DNA from: Polyangiales bacterium
GTDB lineage: Bacteria > Myxococcota_A > Polyangia > Polyangiales > Polyangiaceae
Direction of reading: 5' to 3'
Assembly: GCA_038231275.1 (NCBI GenBank)
Contig: JBBRLQ010000014.1
Span: 32,001 to 96,000 of the forward strand
Length of the DNA stretch: 64,000 nt
Part shown: piece by piece, positions 28,801 through 39,165 of the stretch
Position numbering within the stretch: the first letter of the stretch is position 1
Layout of the letters: the number at the start of each line of letters is the position of its first letter
Made by a program: the position numbers and the translations under genes
Notes under the pieces: generated by a model
The model's input: the letters and a program-made list of their open reading frames with translations, nothing else
Told to the model about the DNA's origin: nothing
The model's database searches: none

Positions 28801-29108
28801 TAGGAAGGCCATGCGTCCTCTCTCGTTCGTTTCGTGACTCAACCTTCGACCGAAAGGCCCGTTCGTTTCTGCCGAGAGGTTTTCGTCTCGTTCGAAAAAG
28901 CAAGACGCGGTGCCGCCGGTCCTCGCGATCGCGCCGCACCTCGTCGTAGTCCAGCACGAAGGCGCCTCGTCTCCCGAGAGCCCGTCTCAGCCGACCTTGA
29001 AGCCCCCGTGCTTCACGACCTCCGCCGCTTTTCGATTCGGCGATGTCGACGTGGTCGTCTGCGCGGGCTCTCCCTCTTTTGTCGGCCGCGTGTGGTAGTA
29101 CCGCCCGC

Positions 29109-30698
29109 GTGGAACCCGTCAGCGTCGGCAAGCCCCTCCGCCTCTCGGACCTCGAAGACGTCGCGCTACGCGGTCGGCCCGTCGCGTTCGACGCTGTCGC
29201 CCGCGCAAAGGTCATCGCGTCGCGCGCGGCCATCGACGCCATCTGCAGCGCAGGCGACGACGCGCCCAACGTCTACGGCGTGAACACCGGCTTCGGCGCG
29301 CTCGCCGAGACGCGCATCAGCGCGGCGGACGTGCGGCAACTCCAGAAGAACCTCGTGCGCTCGCACTCGACCGGCATCGGGCCCGATCTCCCGATCGCGG
29401 CGGTGCGGGGGATGATGCTCCTGCGCGCGCAGGTGCTCGCGCTCGGTCACTCCGGCGTGCGGCCGGTGCTCGTCGATTTGCTCCTCGAGATGCTGAACAA
29501 GGGCGTGCATCCGCGGGTCCCGTCGCAAGGCTCCGTAGGCGCGTCGGGAGATCTCGCGCCGCTCGCGCATCTGGCGCTGGCGATGATCGGCGAAGGCGAG
29601 GCGTCGGTGGAGGCGAGCGTGCGCGCGGGCGCCGAGCTCGGCGCGTCGTACCGTCCGGTGCACCTGACGGGCGGCGACGCGCTTCGCATGGCCGGCATGA
29701 CGCCGGTGGTGCTCGAGGCGAAGGAGGGGCTCGCGCTCATCAACGGCACGCAGTACATGGCGTCGCTCGGCACGCTCGCGGTGCTCGAAGCGGAGCGGCT
29801 GGCGACGGTCGCCGACGTGGCGGGGGCGATGAGCCTCGAGGCGAGCAAGGGCTCGAGCCGCCCGTTCGACGAGCGTCTCCACGCCGCGCGCCCGCACCCC
29901 GGTCAGGCCCTCGTCGCGGCCAACATGCGCGCGCTCCTCCACGACAGCGAGATCGCGGAGAGCCACATCAACTGCGGCAAGGTGCAGGACGCGTACTCCA
30001 TCCGCTGCATGCCGCAGGTCCACGGCGCGACGCGCGACGCGCTCGGGTGGGTGCGTGACGTGCTCGCGCGCGAGGTGAACAGCGTCACCGACAACCCGAG
30101 CGTCTTTCTCGACGACAAGGGCGGCGCCGACGTCATCAGCGGTGGGAATTTCCACGGCCAGCCGCTCGCCCTCGCGCTCGACCTCGCGGCGATGGCCGTC
30201 GCCGAGCTCGCGAACATCAGCGAGCGGCGCGTCGAACAGCTCGTGAATCCGGCGCTGTCGAGCGGCCTCACGCCGTTCCTCGCGGCGGGGAGCGGGTTGC
30301 ATTCGGGGTTCATGATCGCGCAGGTCGCGAGCGCGTCGCTCGTCAGCGAGAACAAGGTGCTGTGTCACCCGGCGAGCGTCGATTCGATCCCGTCGTCGGC
30401 GGGCAAAGAAGACCACGTGAGCATGGGGAGCATCAGCGCCAAGAAATTCGTCGAGATCGTGCGCAACACCAAAGCGGCGCTCGCGATCGAGATCATGACG
30501 GCGGCGGCGGGGATCGATCAGCGTCGCCCGCTGAAGCCGAGCAAGGGGGTCGCCGCCGCACAAGCGTGCGTCCGCGAGCTCGTCGCGCCGATGACCGAGG
30601 ATCGGCCGCTCTACAAGGACATCGACGCCGTCGGGGCGCTCATCGGCGGCGGCGCGCTCGTTCGCGCGGTCGAAGGCATCGTCGGCCGCTTGCGCTGA
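29109..30698 (+). CDS. hutH: Histidine ammonia-lyase
   Basis: [28 protein letters not shown] (MIO-forming ASG), [14 protein letters not shown] and EDHVSMG motifs. Start GTG 29109 is inferred. Confidence 0.95.
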   Translation: MEPVSVGKPLRLSDLEDVALRGRPVAFDAVARAKVIASRAAIDAICSAGDDAPNVYGVNTGFGALAETRISAADVRQLQKNLVRSHSTGIGPDLPIAAVRGMMLLRAQVLALGHSGVRPVLVDLLLEMLNKGVHPRVPSQGSVGASGDLAPLAHLALAMIGEGEASVEASVRAGAELGASYRPVHLTGGDALRMAGMTPVVLEAKEGLALINGTQYMASLGTLAVLEAERLATVADVAGAMSLEASKGSSRPFDERLHAARPHPGQALVAANMRALLHDSEIAESHINCGKVQDAYSIRCMPQVHGATRDALGWVRDVLAREVNSVTDNPSVFLDDKGGADVISGGNFHGQPLALALDLAAMAVAELANISERRVEQLVNPALSSGLTPFLAAGSGLHSGFMIAQVASASLVSENKVLCHPASVDSIPSSAGKEDHVSMGSISAKKFVEIVRNTKAALAIEIMTAAAGIDQRRPLKPSKGVAAAQACVRELVAPMTEDRPLYKDIDAVGALIGGGALVRAVEGIVGRLR

Positions 30699-30701
30699 CG
30701 G

Positions 30702-31334
30702 CTACGTGGTCCAGCGTCCGCTGAACTTCGTCAGCTCCGGCGTTTCGACCGCGTAGGCCATCTCGACGTCCCGCGCGCCCGCGAGCTCCAGCGCGGCGCG
30801 CAGCGCGACCCGCAGGCCGCGCACCGAGAGATCGGTTGCGACGTTCTTTGGGTGATGAAACGAGAGCTCCGCGGAGGTGGTCGTGTGGCCGACGACGTGC
30901 AGCTCCGAGCCGCGCCGGAACGCGGCCCATCGCTTCTCGACGCCCACGAGGAGGCGCTCCGGCGAGACGACCGCGAACAAGATCCTGAAGAGCGGCGTGC
31001 GGAGAAGGCGCCGATTCCGCTCCAAGATCCATCGCTCGTACGCCATCGTCCCCCCCGCGCAAGCGAAGTGGGCGTCGAAGACCGCCAGCATCAGCGCGTT
31101 GAAGTGCACCTCCGAGATCCACTCGTTCACGGTCGGCGGCGTCGTGTAATACCCGGCCAGGGCGTCGGGGAGCGTCTCCCGCGGCAGGATCAGGTGCTCG
31201 TCGTCGATGGCCATGCGCATGACCGCGCCCTTCGCTTGCGCGCGCGGGTGCGCGTCGAGCCCCCCCGGCAGTGCGTCGAGGTAGCGCGTCATGCTCGGAT
31301 AGCGATCACCGTCCCCCGTCCCCACGAATGTCAC
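30702..31334 (-). CDS. Myxobacterial hypothetical protein (DUF2378-like)
   Basis: Coding-like GC3 bias; xKG start motif, WISE, PERLL...W pattern. Start may be 31292. Confidence 0.55.
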   Translation of the reverse strand: MTFVGTGDGDRYPSMTRYLDALPGGLDAHPRAQAKGAVMRMAIDDEHLILPRETLPDALAGYYTTPPTVNEWISEVHFNALMLAVFDAHFACAGGTMAYERWILERNRRLLRTPLFRILFAVVSPERLLVGVEKRWAAFRRGSELHVVGHTTTSAELSFHHPKNVATDLSVRGLRVALRAALELAGARDVEMAYAVETPELTKFSGRWTT

Positions 31335-31348
31335 CCTGCCCGGTCACG

Positions 31349-32365
31349 TTACCCGCGAATGCCGACGAGCTCGTCTTTGAAGTCGCGTGTGACGAGCATT
31401 TTCAGCGCATCGAGGAGCGGGCGGCCCTCGTGCAGCACGTGGTAGACCTGACTCGTGATTGGCATGTCGACCCCGCGCTTCTCGGCGAGGGCCCACGTCG
31501 CCGCGCTCGTCCAGTAGCCCTCGGCGACGGAGCGGCGGCTCGCGAGGTACGCCTTCGGATCGACGCCCTCCGCGACCTTGAGGCCGAGCTCGTGGTTGCG
31601 TGACAAGGCGCCGGTGCACGTGAGGATGAGATCGCCAACGCCCGCCATCCCCAAGAAGGTGAGCGGATCGCCGCCCATCGCGACGCCGAGGCGCGTGATT
31701 TCGGCGAGCCCTCGGCCGATGAGCGCGGCGCGCGCGTTCAGGCCGAGGCCGAGGCCCTCGCAGGCGCCCGATGCGATCGCGATCACGTTCTTCACCGCGC
31801 CGCCGATCTGGACGCCGATGGGATCCTTGCTCGTGTAGACGCGGAACATCGGCGTGTGGAGGAGGCGCTGGATCTCCGCGGCGGCCGCCGGATCGGTCGC
31901 CGCGGCGACGACGTCAGTGGGCAGTCCGCTCGCGACCTCCTTCGCGAAGCTCGGCCCCGACAGGAAGACGACCTGCTCACGCTTCACGCGCGGCAGCGCC
32001 TCGGCGAGGACCTCGCTCAAGAGCTGGAGCGAGCCCTCCTCGATCCCCTTCGACGCGACCACGACGCGCGCGTTCGCTTCGAGGTGCGGCGCGATCATCT
32101 CGGCGACGCTGCGCAGGTGCTTCGACGGAGGGACGAGTATCACCACCTCGGCGCCGCGGAGCGCAAGGGCGGGATCGCTCGTGGCGGTGAGCGTCTTCGG
32201 CAGCGCGATACCGGGGAGGAGCGGCGTGTTTTCGTGGTGGGCGTTGACGCTCTCCACCACGTCGGCTTCGCGCGCCCATCCGCGGACGGTGTGCCCTTGC
32301 CGCGCGGCGTGTGAGGCGAGCGCGGTCCCCCACGCCCCGAACCCGACGACGGCGATCGCGGGCAT
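31349..32365 (-). CDS. gpsA: NAD(P)H-dependent glycerol-3-phosphate dehydrogenase
   Basis: [40 protein letters not shown] and SRN motifs. Confidence 0.96.
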   Translation of the reverse strand: MPAIAVVGFGAWGTALASHAARQGHTVRGWAREADVVESVNAHHENTPLLPGIALPKTLTATSDPALALRGAEVVILVPPSKHLRSVAEMIAPHLEANARVVVASKGIEEGSLQLLSEVLAEALPRVKREQVVFLSGPSFAKEVASGLPTDVVAAATDPAAAAEIQRLLHTPMFRVYTSKDPIGVQIGGAVKNVIAIASGACEGLGLGLNARAALIGRGLAEITRLGVAMGGDPLTFLGMAGVGDLILTCTGALSRNHELGLKVAEGVDPKAYLASRRSVAEGYWTSAATWALAEKRGVDMPITSQVYHVLHEGRPLLDALKMLVTRDFKDELVGIRG

Positions 32366-34558
32366 CTACTTGTCCATCTCGCTCAGCGCGAACGCGTACT
32401 CGTCGGCGAGCTTCTCCACCCACGCCTTCACCATGTCGGCGCCGCCGTGGCCCGCGTTCTTCTCGATGCGCAAGATGACCGGACCGCCGGCCGACGCGTC
32501 TTGCATCGCCGCGGTGAACTTTCGCGCGTGCATCGGATCGACGCGATCATCGCTGTCTGCGCTGAGCATCAGTATGCTCGGGTATTTCGTGCCTTTCGCG
32601 ACGTGGTGGTACGGCGAGTAGGCGAAGAGGGCCTTGAAGTCCCCTTCGTCTTCGCTCGAGCCGTACTCCTCGACCCAGGTCTTTCCGCTGCCGAACTTGT
32701 GATAGCGCACCATGTCGAGGAGGGGCACGTCGCAGAGGACGACGCGGTAGAGATCCGGACGCTGCGTCGCGGCCGCGCCGACGAGGAGTCCGCCGTTCGA
32801 GCCGCCGGTGATCGCGGTCTTGCTCGGCTGTGACCAGCCCTCTTTCTGGAGGAACTCGGCGGCGCCTTCGAAGTCGTCGAACACGTTCTGCTTGGTGTGC
32901 TTCATCCCCGCGCGGTGCCACTCCTCACCGTACTCGCTGCCGCCGCGCAGGTTGACGAGGGCGAAGACCCCGCCCTTCTCGAGCCACGGGAAGATGCTCG
33001 CGCGGAAGATCGCGCGCTGCGACGACTGGAAGCCGCCGTAGCCGTTGATGAGGAGCGGCGACTTGCCGTCCTTCTTTGCGTCCTTCGCGTGGACGAGGAA
33101 GAGCGGAATCTTCGTCCCGTCCTTCGACTTGAAGAAGAGCTGCTCGACGTCGAACTTCGACGGATCGACCGGGACCTTGAGCTTGAACCAGGTCTTGGTC
33201 TGACCCGTCTTGATGCTCGTCTCCTGGATTTCCGTGGGGTACGTGAGCGACGTGAAGGAGAGGTACGCCTCGTCCTCGTCGTCGCGCCCGGAAATTCCGG
33301 CGGAGCCGACGACCGGAAGCGGGATCTCGCGAACGAGCTTCCCGTCGAGCTCGTGGACCTCGATCTTCGTCGCGACGTCCTTCATGTAGTCGAGGACGAG
33401 CTTGCCGCCGAGGACCGACACCCCGTCGAGCGTGGCGTCGGCGCGCTCGGGGACGATCTCCTTCCACGCGCTGCGCTCTGGCTTCTTCGGATCGACGAGC
33501 ATCGCTCGGTATTTCGGCGCGCCGTCGTTGGTGTGCACGTAGAAGCGCCCCTGGTAGGCCTCGACGTCGAAGAGCGCGTCGAGCCCGGTTACGAGCGGCT
33601 TGAAGCCGTTGTCCTCTTTGGCGCGCAGATCCTTGAAGTAGATGTCGACGCGCGACCAGCCGTGCTGCACGTGCACGAAGAGGAACGCGCCGTCGCGCGA
33701 GAGACCGGGCGCGAGGAACGTCTTCGCGTCGTGCGTCGCCTCGTAGATGCGCGTGTCCTTCTTCGAATCGGTGCCGATCTTGTGGAAGCGGATCTCCGTG
33801 TAGCCGGGGCGCTCGGCGACGGGGATGTCCTTGTCGACGGGGAGCCACGCGTAATAAAAGCCGTCGCCCTTGGGCGTCCACGAGGCGGACGCGTACTTGG
33901 CGCCCTCGATGACGTCGACCTCGCTCTTCTTCCCGGTCGCGACGTCCATCACGTACATCGTCGCTTCGTCGGAGTTGTTCGTCTTGATCTTGTACGCGAC
34001 GGTCTTGCCGTCCCACGTGGGCCACCAGCCGCCGAGCGAGACGTTCGCGCCGCCGGCGCTCCACGCGTTCGGATCGAGGAGGAGCTTCTCGGCGCCGGTC
34101 TTGCCCTCCTTGTAGTAGACGATGCCCTTCTCCTTCGTCGCGTCGCGCTTGCTCCAGAAGTACCGGGCGCCGCGGTGCACTGGGATGCCGACGGAGTCGA
34201 CGTAGAAGAGCTCCTTCAGGCGCGCGGCGAACGCCTCGCGGCCCGGGCGCTTCGCGAGCTCGGCGCGCGCGAGGGCGTCCTGATCGTTCATCCACTTCTT
34301 CACTTCGTCGGACTGCACGTCCTCGAGCCAGCGGTACGGGTCCGGCACGGTGGTGCCGAAGAAGACGTCCTTCGCGTCACTCGTTCGCGAGGCCGGGTAG
34401 GGGAGCGCCTTCATGAGCGTCGTCGGTGGCGGTGTCGGCGTGGGTGCGGTCACCACCGGGGGAGGCGAAGGTGCGACCGGCGCGGGGGCCTCACCGCCGC
34501 ACGCGAAAAACGAGGCGGAAAGGGCGGCGCACGAACCGACGAGCTTGACGAGCTGCAT
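32366..34558 (-). CDS. Prolyl oligopeptidase (S9A) lipoprotein
   Basis: [33 protein letters not shown] and AGHG motifs. Confidence 0.95.
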   Translation of the reverse strand: MQLVKLVGSCAALSASFFACGGEAPAPVAPSPPPVVTAPTPTPPPTTLMKALPYPASRTSDAKDVFFGTTVPDPYRWLEDVQSDEVKKWMNDQDALARAELAKRPGREAFAARLKELFYVDSVGIPVHRGARYFWSKRDATKEKGIVYYKEGKTGAEKLLLDPNAWSAGGANVSLGGWWPTWDGKTVAYKIKTNNSDEATMYVMDVATGKKSEVDVIEGAKYASASWTPKGDGFYYAWLPVDKDIPVAERPGYTEIRFHKIGTDSKKDTRIYEATHDAKTFLAPGLSRDGAFLFVHVQHGWSRVDIYFKDLRAKEDNGFKPLVTGLDALFDVEAYQGRFYVHTNDGAPKYRAMLVDPKKPERSAWKEIVPERADATLDGVSVLGGKLVLDYMKDVATKIEVHELDGKLVREIPLPVVGSAGISGRDDEDEAYLSFTSLTYPTEIQETSIKTGQTKTWFKLKVPVDPSKFDVEQLFFKSKDGTKIPLFLVHAKDAKKDGKSPLLINGYGGFQSSQRAIFRASIFPWLEKGGVFALVNLRGGSEYGEEWHRAGMKHTKQNVFDDFEGAAEFLQKEGWSQPSKTAITGGSNGGLLVGAAATQRPDLYRVVLCDVPLLDMVRYHKFGSGKTWVEEYGSSEDEGDFKALFAYSPYHHVAKGTKYPSILMLSADSDDRVDPMHARKFTAAMQDASAGGPVILRIEKNAGHGGADMVKAWVEKLADEYAFALSEMDK

Positions 34559-34566
34559 GGGCGCGA

Positions 34567-34587
34567 ATCGTAGCATCGCGCTACGAT
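34567..34587. promoter_or_regulatory. Inverted repeat forming back-to-back -10-like hexamers (TACGAT) for divergent genes
   Basis: ATCGTAGC-atcgc-GCTACGAT between starts 34558(-) and 34610(+). Confidence 0.5.
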
Positions 34588-34609
34588 AGTGGAGAATCGG
34601 GGAGGTCTC

Positions 34610-34936
34610 ATGCGTGTGAGCTTTCGTCCGATCTCTTGCCTCTCGTCATTGCTTTCGATGTTCGTCCTCGCGGCAGGCACGTGCGCCACCGGGGAGAAGG
34701 ACGACTCCCGTCGTGGCGACCAACGGATCGGGGTTCGCTCCGAACGCCAACAAGGTGCAGATCTGGCAGGGAACGCAGCGCTACGAGGTGCAGGCGGGGG
34801 TGCAGTGGTGGTACGAGAGTCCCTCGCAGATCAACGTGCCGCTGCCGCGGGGATCGTGGCGGGCACCGCGCGGGTGTACGTGCGCTCGTCGACGGGGATC
34901 GACTCGAACGCGGGCCTCATCACGATCTCGCCGTGA
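34610..34936 (+). pseudogene. Frameshifted remnant of a secreted IPT/TIG (Ig-like) domain protein
   Basis: GGAGG+ATG and a signal peptide in one frame; GSGFAPNANKVQIWQG...WYESPSQINVPLP in another frame; then AGIVAGTARVYVRSSTGIDSNAGLITISP* back in the first frame. Confidence 0.6.
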
Positions 34937-34973
34937 ATCGCCGACCTCGTGCAGGTACGATGCTCACGACTGA

Positions 34974-35056
34974 GGCCCCTTGGCGGAACGGTATACGCAG
35001 AAGATTTAAAATCTTCGGCCCGAAAGGGCATCCCGGTTCGAGTCCGGGAGGGGCTA
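34974..35056 (+). tRNA. tRNA-Leu (anticodon TAA, reads UUA)
   Basis: Acceptor GGCCCCT/AGGGGCT-A; D arm GCGGAACGGTATACGC; anticodon arm GAAGA-TTTAAAA-TCTTC; long variable arm GCCC-GAAA-GGGC; T arm CCCGG-TTCGAGT-CCGGG; CCA not encoded. Confidence 0.97.
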
Positions 35057-35122
35057 CTACTTGCGCGGCCGCGATCGTCGCTCGCGCGTACGACTGGAGC
35101 GAGGTCCGGCACCCTTCGCTCG

Positions 35123-36277
35123 CTACGGCTTCCGTTGCATCTTTTCGCCGGGCCGTTCCTGGCGGTCGCGCGGTCGGACGTCGTGCACGTGAATCGAGGT
35201 CGGAGGCGGCGCCTGCTTCGGCAAGTCGACGGTGAAGATGCAACCCCTGCCGGGTAAGTCCTGAATGCGAAGCTCGCCATTCATCATCTTCACCGCCCGC
35301 GCACAGATGCTGAGTCCCAGGCCCAGGCCCGTTCGATTTCGGCCCCGCTGCACGAACGGCTGGAGCAAGCCCTGCTCCGATCCAGGAGGTAGGCCGCCGC
35401 ACTCGTCTTCGACGCCGATGAGGACGCGGCTCGTCGTCGTGGTGACGCGGAGCTTGACGGTACTGGAGGGCCGCGTGAACTTGAACGCGTTCTGGACCAG
35501 GTTGGCGAGCGCGGCGGAGAGCGCCGGCCTGTCCGCCTCCACGACGATGTTCGGGTCCACCGAGGTGACTTCGAAACGTAGGCCGCTCGCCTTCGCGACC
35601 ATCGAGGAGCTGATTTCCACCTCTTCGATGATTTCCCACACTGGGACCCGCCTGATGTCCTGGAGCCCGGCGTCGAGGCGCACCTCGGCGAGCGACCGGT
35701 CGATGAGCGTGCCGAGGCGAGTGAAGGCCCGAAGCAGCATCGCGCCCGTGCTACCCCCGGTGCCCACGGTGCCGGCTCTCATGCTGGCGAAGGCCATGAC
35801 GGCGACGTTGAGCGCATTGCGCATCTCGTGCGCGACCATACCCACTTGCTCCGTTTCCTTGAGGGCGGCCGATAGGTCGTGCTCAGACACGTACGCGGTG
35901 ACGGCACCGGCGGTGGCGTCGTCGAGGCAAAGGTTCAGAGTCTGAAAATCACGCGCGGTGATCAGGGCATGCTGATCCGCCGCAAGGCCAGAGATCACCT
36001 GGCAGAGATCACCGTACGAGTTGACGACCTGCGCCACGGTTAGACCCGCGCGAAAGAGTTGGCCTCCTTGTGTGGAGGCGCTGTTGTGGAGCGCCTCGTG
36101 ATCGACCACCTGGTTCAACGCGGCTCTGCCCAGAGCATCGCCGAGCTGATCGAGGAAGATGGGTAGTCCGTGGATTAGCTCTGCGGTCGCCGCGAGCGGC
36201 TCGTCCCTCAGCGCGACACGCGCCAGGGACTTGGCGAGGATCTCCTCCCGATTCGTTGCGATGAAACTTTGGAGCAT
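35123..36277 (-). CDS. Cytoplasmic sensor histidine kinase (RsbRD_N-like N-domain, HisKA, HATPase)
   Basis: H-box AHEMRN, N-box NLVQNAFKF, VEDECGG and GLGLGL; no TM segment. Confidence 0.92.
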   Translation of the reverse strand: MLQSFIATNREEILAKSLARVALRDEPLAATAELIHGLPIFLDQLGDALGRAALNQVVDHEALHNSASTQGGQLFRAGLTVAQVVNSYGDLCQVISGLAADQHALITARDFQTLNLCLDDATAGAVTAYVSEHDLSAALKETEQVGMVAHEMRNALNVAVMAFASMRAGTVGTGGSTGAMLLRAFTRLGTLIDRSLAEVRLDAGLQDIRRVPVWEIIEEVEISSSMVAKASGLRFEVTSVDPNIVVEADRPALSAALANLVQNAFKFTRPSSTVKLRVTTTTSRVLIGVEDECGGLPPGSEQGLLQPFVQRGRNRTGLGLGLSICARAVKMMNGELRIQDLPGRGCIFTVDLPKQAPPPTSIHVHDVRPRDRQERPGEKMQRKP

Positions 36278-36500
36278 GAGCCTGGTTGGTCCCTTAGTCC
36301 GTTCTGTACGAAGGTTTATTCGGCACGCCGCTCGTTTGGCGACGGGTCACGCCAGTCATGCCGGCGGGTCGCGCGATGCCTTCCAGACGCGCTCAGGAAC
36401 GCTGTCCGCAAGTCCTGGCCGTCGAACGGATGATCGGCCCCCCTGGCCTTCCCTCCGCCTCCGCTGGCGGCCTTCGGAGCTCGATTACACCATGGCGGGC

Positions 36501-36516
36501 TGCAGCAAGCGTGCCC
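36501..36516 (-). promoter_or_regulatory. Possible sigma54 promoter for the histidine kinase
   Basis: Minus strand GGGCACGCTTGCTGCA versus consensus TGGCACG-N4-TTGCW. Confidence 0.45.
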
Positions 36517-36765
36517 CGAACGCTCCTGATGCCTTGCGACAGTTTTGGAGTGCGAACGCGCCACAGCCGACACTCTTGACGCACAGGAATCGCCGTCGAG
36601 CGCAAGCGTCAGCCTTCCGCGAAATCGCCTGCAACGCATGAGCAGCTCCGCACGCGCGCAAACGCGAGCGGGCGACTTCGCACGACCGGAAGGTGCGTCG
36701 GCGAGGGACCGCGCGTCCACGGCGGGTCGCTACGAAGTGCTCGAAGGTGCCGTAGGCTGCGCGCC

Positions 36766-38022
36766 ATGGTGCGCAGCCGCTGGCTTCCTCTCCTCCTCCT
36801 CGCGATGACCTCGCCGGCGTGCGCGCCGCCCGCCGCGCCCGCCAAGCGCGCGGAGGCGACGACCTCGGAGGCGAAGCCGACGGGCGCCGCGCCCACATTG
36901 GAGTCGATTCGCGGGCGACCGCTCGCGACATGGACGCAGGCCGAGCGCGAATTCGTGTTTCCGCGGTGGACGACGTTCGTACGCGCGACGCGCGCGGTGA
37001 AGCATGGCGAGCGTGTGTATCCGCTTCCGGACGGCGCGCCGATCGCGGCGCTCGCGCCCGGCGGAGCGTCGGCGGCGCAGCTCGACGAGTACGTCACCGG
37101 GCACAAGGTCGCGGGGCTCCTCGTCTTGCACGACGGGAAGGTGCGCCTGGAGCGATACGCGCTCGGGCACTCGGCGGGCGCGCTGTGGCCGTCGTTCTCG
37201 GTGGCCAAGTCGATGACGAGCACGCTCGTCGGCGCGGCGATCAAGGACGGGTACATCAAGGGCATCGACGATCCCATCACGCAGTACATCGCCGCGCTGC
37301 GCGGGAGCGCGTACGACAGCGTGACGATTCGTCAGGTGCTCACGATGACGAGCGGCGTGAAGTGGAACGAGGACTACAAGGACCCGAACGCCGACGTCGC
37401 GCGCTTCTACTCGACGCCGCCCGATCCGGGCGTGGACGCGACGGTCAGCTACATGCGAAAGCTGCCGCGCGAGGCGCCTGCGGGCGAGAAGTGGGTCTAC
37501 AAGACCGGCGAGACGAACCTCCTCGGCGTCCTCGTGGCCGAGGCGACGCACAAACCGCTCGCGGAGTACCTGTCCGAGAAGATCTGGGCGGCGTACGGGA
37601 TGGAGCACGACGGGGCGTGGCAGATCGATCGCAGTGGCCATGAGCAAGGCGGGTGCTGCATGCAAGCGACGCTTCGCGACTTCGCGCGCTTCGGTCAATT
37701 CATTCTCGACGGCGCGCGCGTGGACGGGCGCGGGATCGAGCCGGACGATTGGCTCGGCGCCGCTACGCGCAAGCAGGCCGACACGGGGCGGCCCGGCATC
37801 GGGTACGGCTACCAATGGTGGACGCGCGACGACGGGACGTTCTACGCGGTGGGCATCCACGGGCAGCTGATCCACGTCGACGCGAGCCGTCGCCTCGTCG
37901 TCGCGATCAGCAGCGTGTGGCCTGTGGCGACCGGTGCCGACGAGAGCGCGGCGCGAGCGAAGGCGCTGCGGCTCGTCACGGACGCGATCGACGCGGATGC
38001 GCGCCCGAACGCCGGGCGCTGA
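36766..38022 (+). CDS. Serine hydrolase, beta-lactamase class C / NylB-like, lipoprotein
   Basis: SFSVAKS (SxxK), LTMTSG, WVYKTG, YGYQWW and GIHGQ motifs. Confidence 0.9.
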   Translation: MVRSRWLPLLLLAMTSPACAPPAAPAKRAEATTSEAKPTGAAPTLESIRGRPLATWTQAEREFVFPRWTTFVRATRAVKHGERVYPLPDGAPIAALAPGGASAAQLDEYVTGHKVAGLLVLHDGKVRLERYALGHSAGALWPSFSVAKSMTSTLVGAAIKDGYIKGIDDPITQYIAALRGSAYDSVTIRQVLTMTSGVKWNEDYKDPNADVARFYSTPPDPGVDATVSYMRKLPREAPAGEKWVYKTGETNLLGVLVAEATHKPLAEYLSEKIWAAYGMEHDGAWQIDRSGHEQGGCCMQATLRDFARFGQFILDGARVDGRGIEPDDWLGAATRKQADTGRPGIGYGYQWWTRDDGTFYAVGIHGQLIHVDASRRLVVAISSVWPVATGADESAARAKALRLVTDAIDADARPNAGR

Positions 38023-38100
38023 GGCGCTTCAGCCACCGTGATTTCGGTGCCTTGCCTCGCGTTCCCGCGCTCGACGCGTGCGGTCGCCGGCGCGATGCCG

Positions 38101-39165
38101 TCACTGGCAGCAGCAGCGGCCGTACGTGAGCGTCTGCGTGGAGCACTGGTCGCCGATGATCCACTGGGCCCCGGCGGTGCACGCGCTGTCGCTGAACGTC
38201 TCGGCGCCGGCATTGCTGCTCGGTCCGCATGCGGCGGCGCACGTCGCGGAGAGACCCGCGCAGACGGTCGTGCACCCCGTGAAGAACAGCATCGTGCAGT
38301 CCGAGAGGAAGGCGCCGGGCGCGCGGCACGATCCGCTGCTGCACGCTTGGCTGCCGCTGCACGTCTTGCAGGTGACGCCGCCGGTGCCGCAGGCGCTCGT
38401 CGTCGTGCCCGCGTAGCACGTGCTGCCGCTGCAGCAGCCGGAGCACGATGTCGTGTCGCAAATGCACGTCCCGCTCGAGCAGCGTTGGCCGGTGGCGCAG
38501 GCGCCGGTGGTGCACGTCCCGCCGCAGCCGTCACTGCCGCCACACGGGACGCCGGCGCAGCTCGGCGTGCAGCCGGTGCAAAGGCCGCCGGCGCAGGTGG
38601 ATCCGCTGCCGGTGCATTTCGCGCAGATCGAGCCGCCGCTGCCGCACGCGCTCGCGGAGGTGCCGCCGAGGCACGACGAGCCGCTGCAGCATCCGCTGCA
38701 CGATGTGGGATCGCAGACGCACACGCCGGCGTCGCAGTGCAGGCCCGCACCGCACTCGCCGGTCATGCAGACGCCGCCGCACCCGTCGCTCGCGCCGCAC
38801 GCCGCGGCGCACGTCGGCGTACAGGTTCCCGTGCCGCACAAGTTGGGGCCACCACCGCCGCCGCACGTGAGGCCCGCCGGGCACGCGCCGCAGTCGATGA
38901 GGCCTCCGCAGCGGCCTTTGCGCTTGCCGCAGTACCCCGCGCAGTCGGCGGCGTTGTTGGGAATGCACGCCGCACCGTCGGGGAGCAAAGTCCCGCCATC
39001 GCCAGGAGGGGTGACGGCGCCGCCTTCCGTTTGCGCGTCCTGATCCGCGGGAAATTCCACGCGATCGACGGTGCTGCAGCCGGTGGCGGGGATGGCGAGG
39101 GCGCCCAGCGTGACGGCCGCGAGCGCGGTCAGCCAAGTGCGGAAGGTCCTCGTCGAGGTCGCCAT
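38101..39165 (-). CDS. Cysteine-rich lipoprotein with an internal ~84-aa duplication
   Basis: C-terminal part of ORF 38101..41754 from MATSTRT; lipobox ATGC; two copies of CTPxC...SDGCGGxC...CxCDxTSCSGCCSGSxC..GT..SACGxGG. Confidence 0.8.
   Translation of the reverse strand: MATSTRTFRTWLTALAAVTLGALAIPATGCSTVDRVEFPADQDAQTEGGAVTPPGDGGTLLPDGAACIPNNAADCAGYCGKRKGRCGGLIDCGACPAGLTCGGGGGPNLCGTGTCTPTCAAACGASDGCGGVCMTGECGAGLHCDAGVCVCDPTSCSGCCSGSSCLGGTSASACGSGGSICAKCTGSGSTCAGGLCTGCTPSCAGVPCGGSDGCGGTCTTGACATGQRCSSGTCICDTTSCSGCCSGSTCYAGTTTSACGTGGVTCKTCSGSQACSSGSCRAPGAFLSDCTMLFFTGCTTVCAGLSATCAAACGPSSNAGAETFSDSACTAGAQWIIGDQCSTQTLTYGRCCCQ

Noticed and set aside
28340..28930. Known riboswitch (c-di-GMP, cobalamin, etc.) in the large intergenic region
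   Set aside because: Hairpins are present but I could not match the conserved core of any riboswitch class by eye; an Rfam scan is needed.
36766..38022. Serine hydrolase as an antibiotic-resistance beta-lactamase
   Set aside because: Motifs (SFSVAKS, YKTG, GIHGQ) fit the NylB/esterase branch; no basis for a resistance call.
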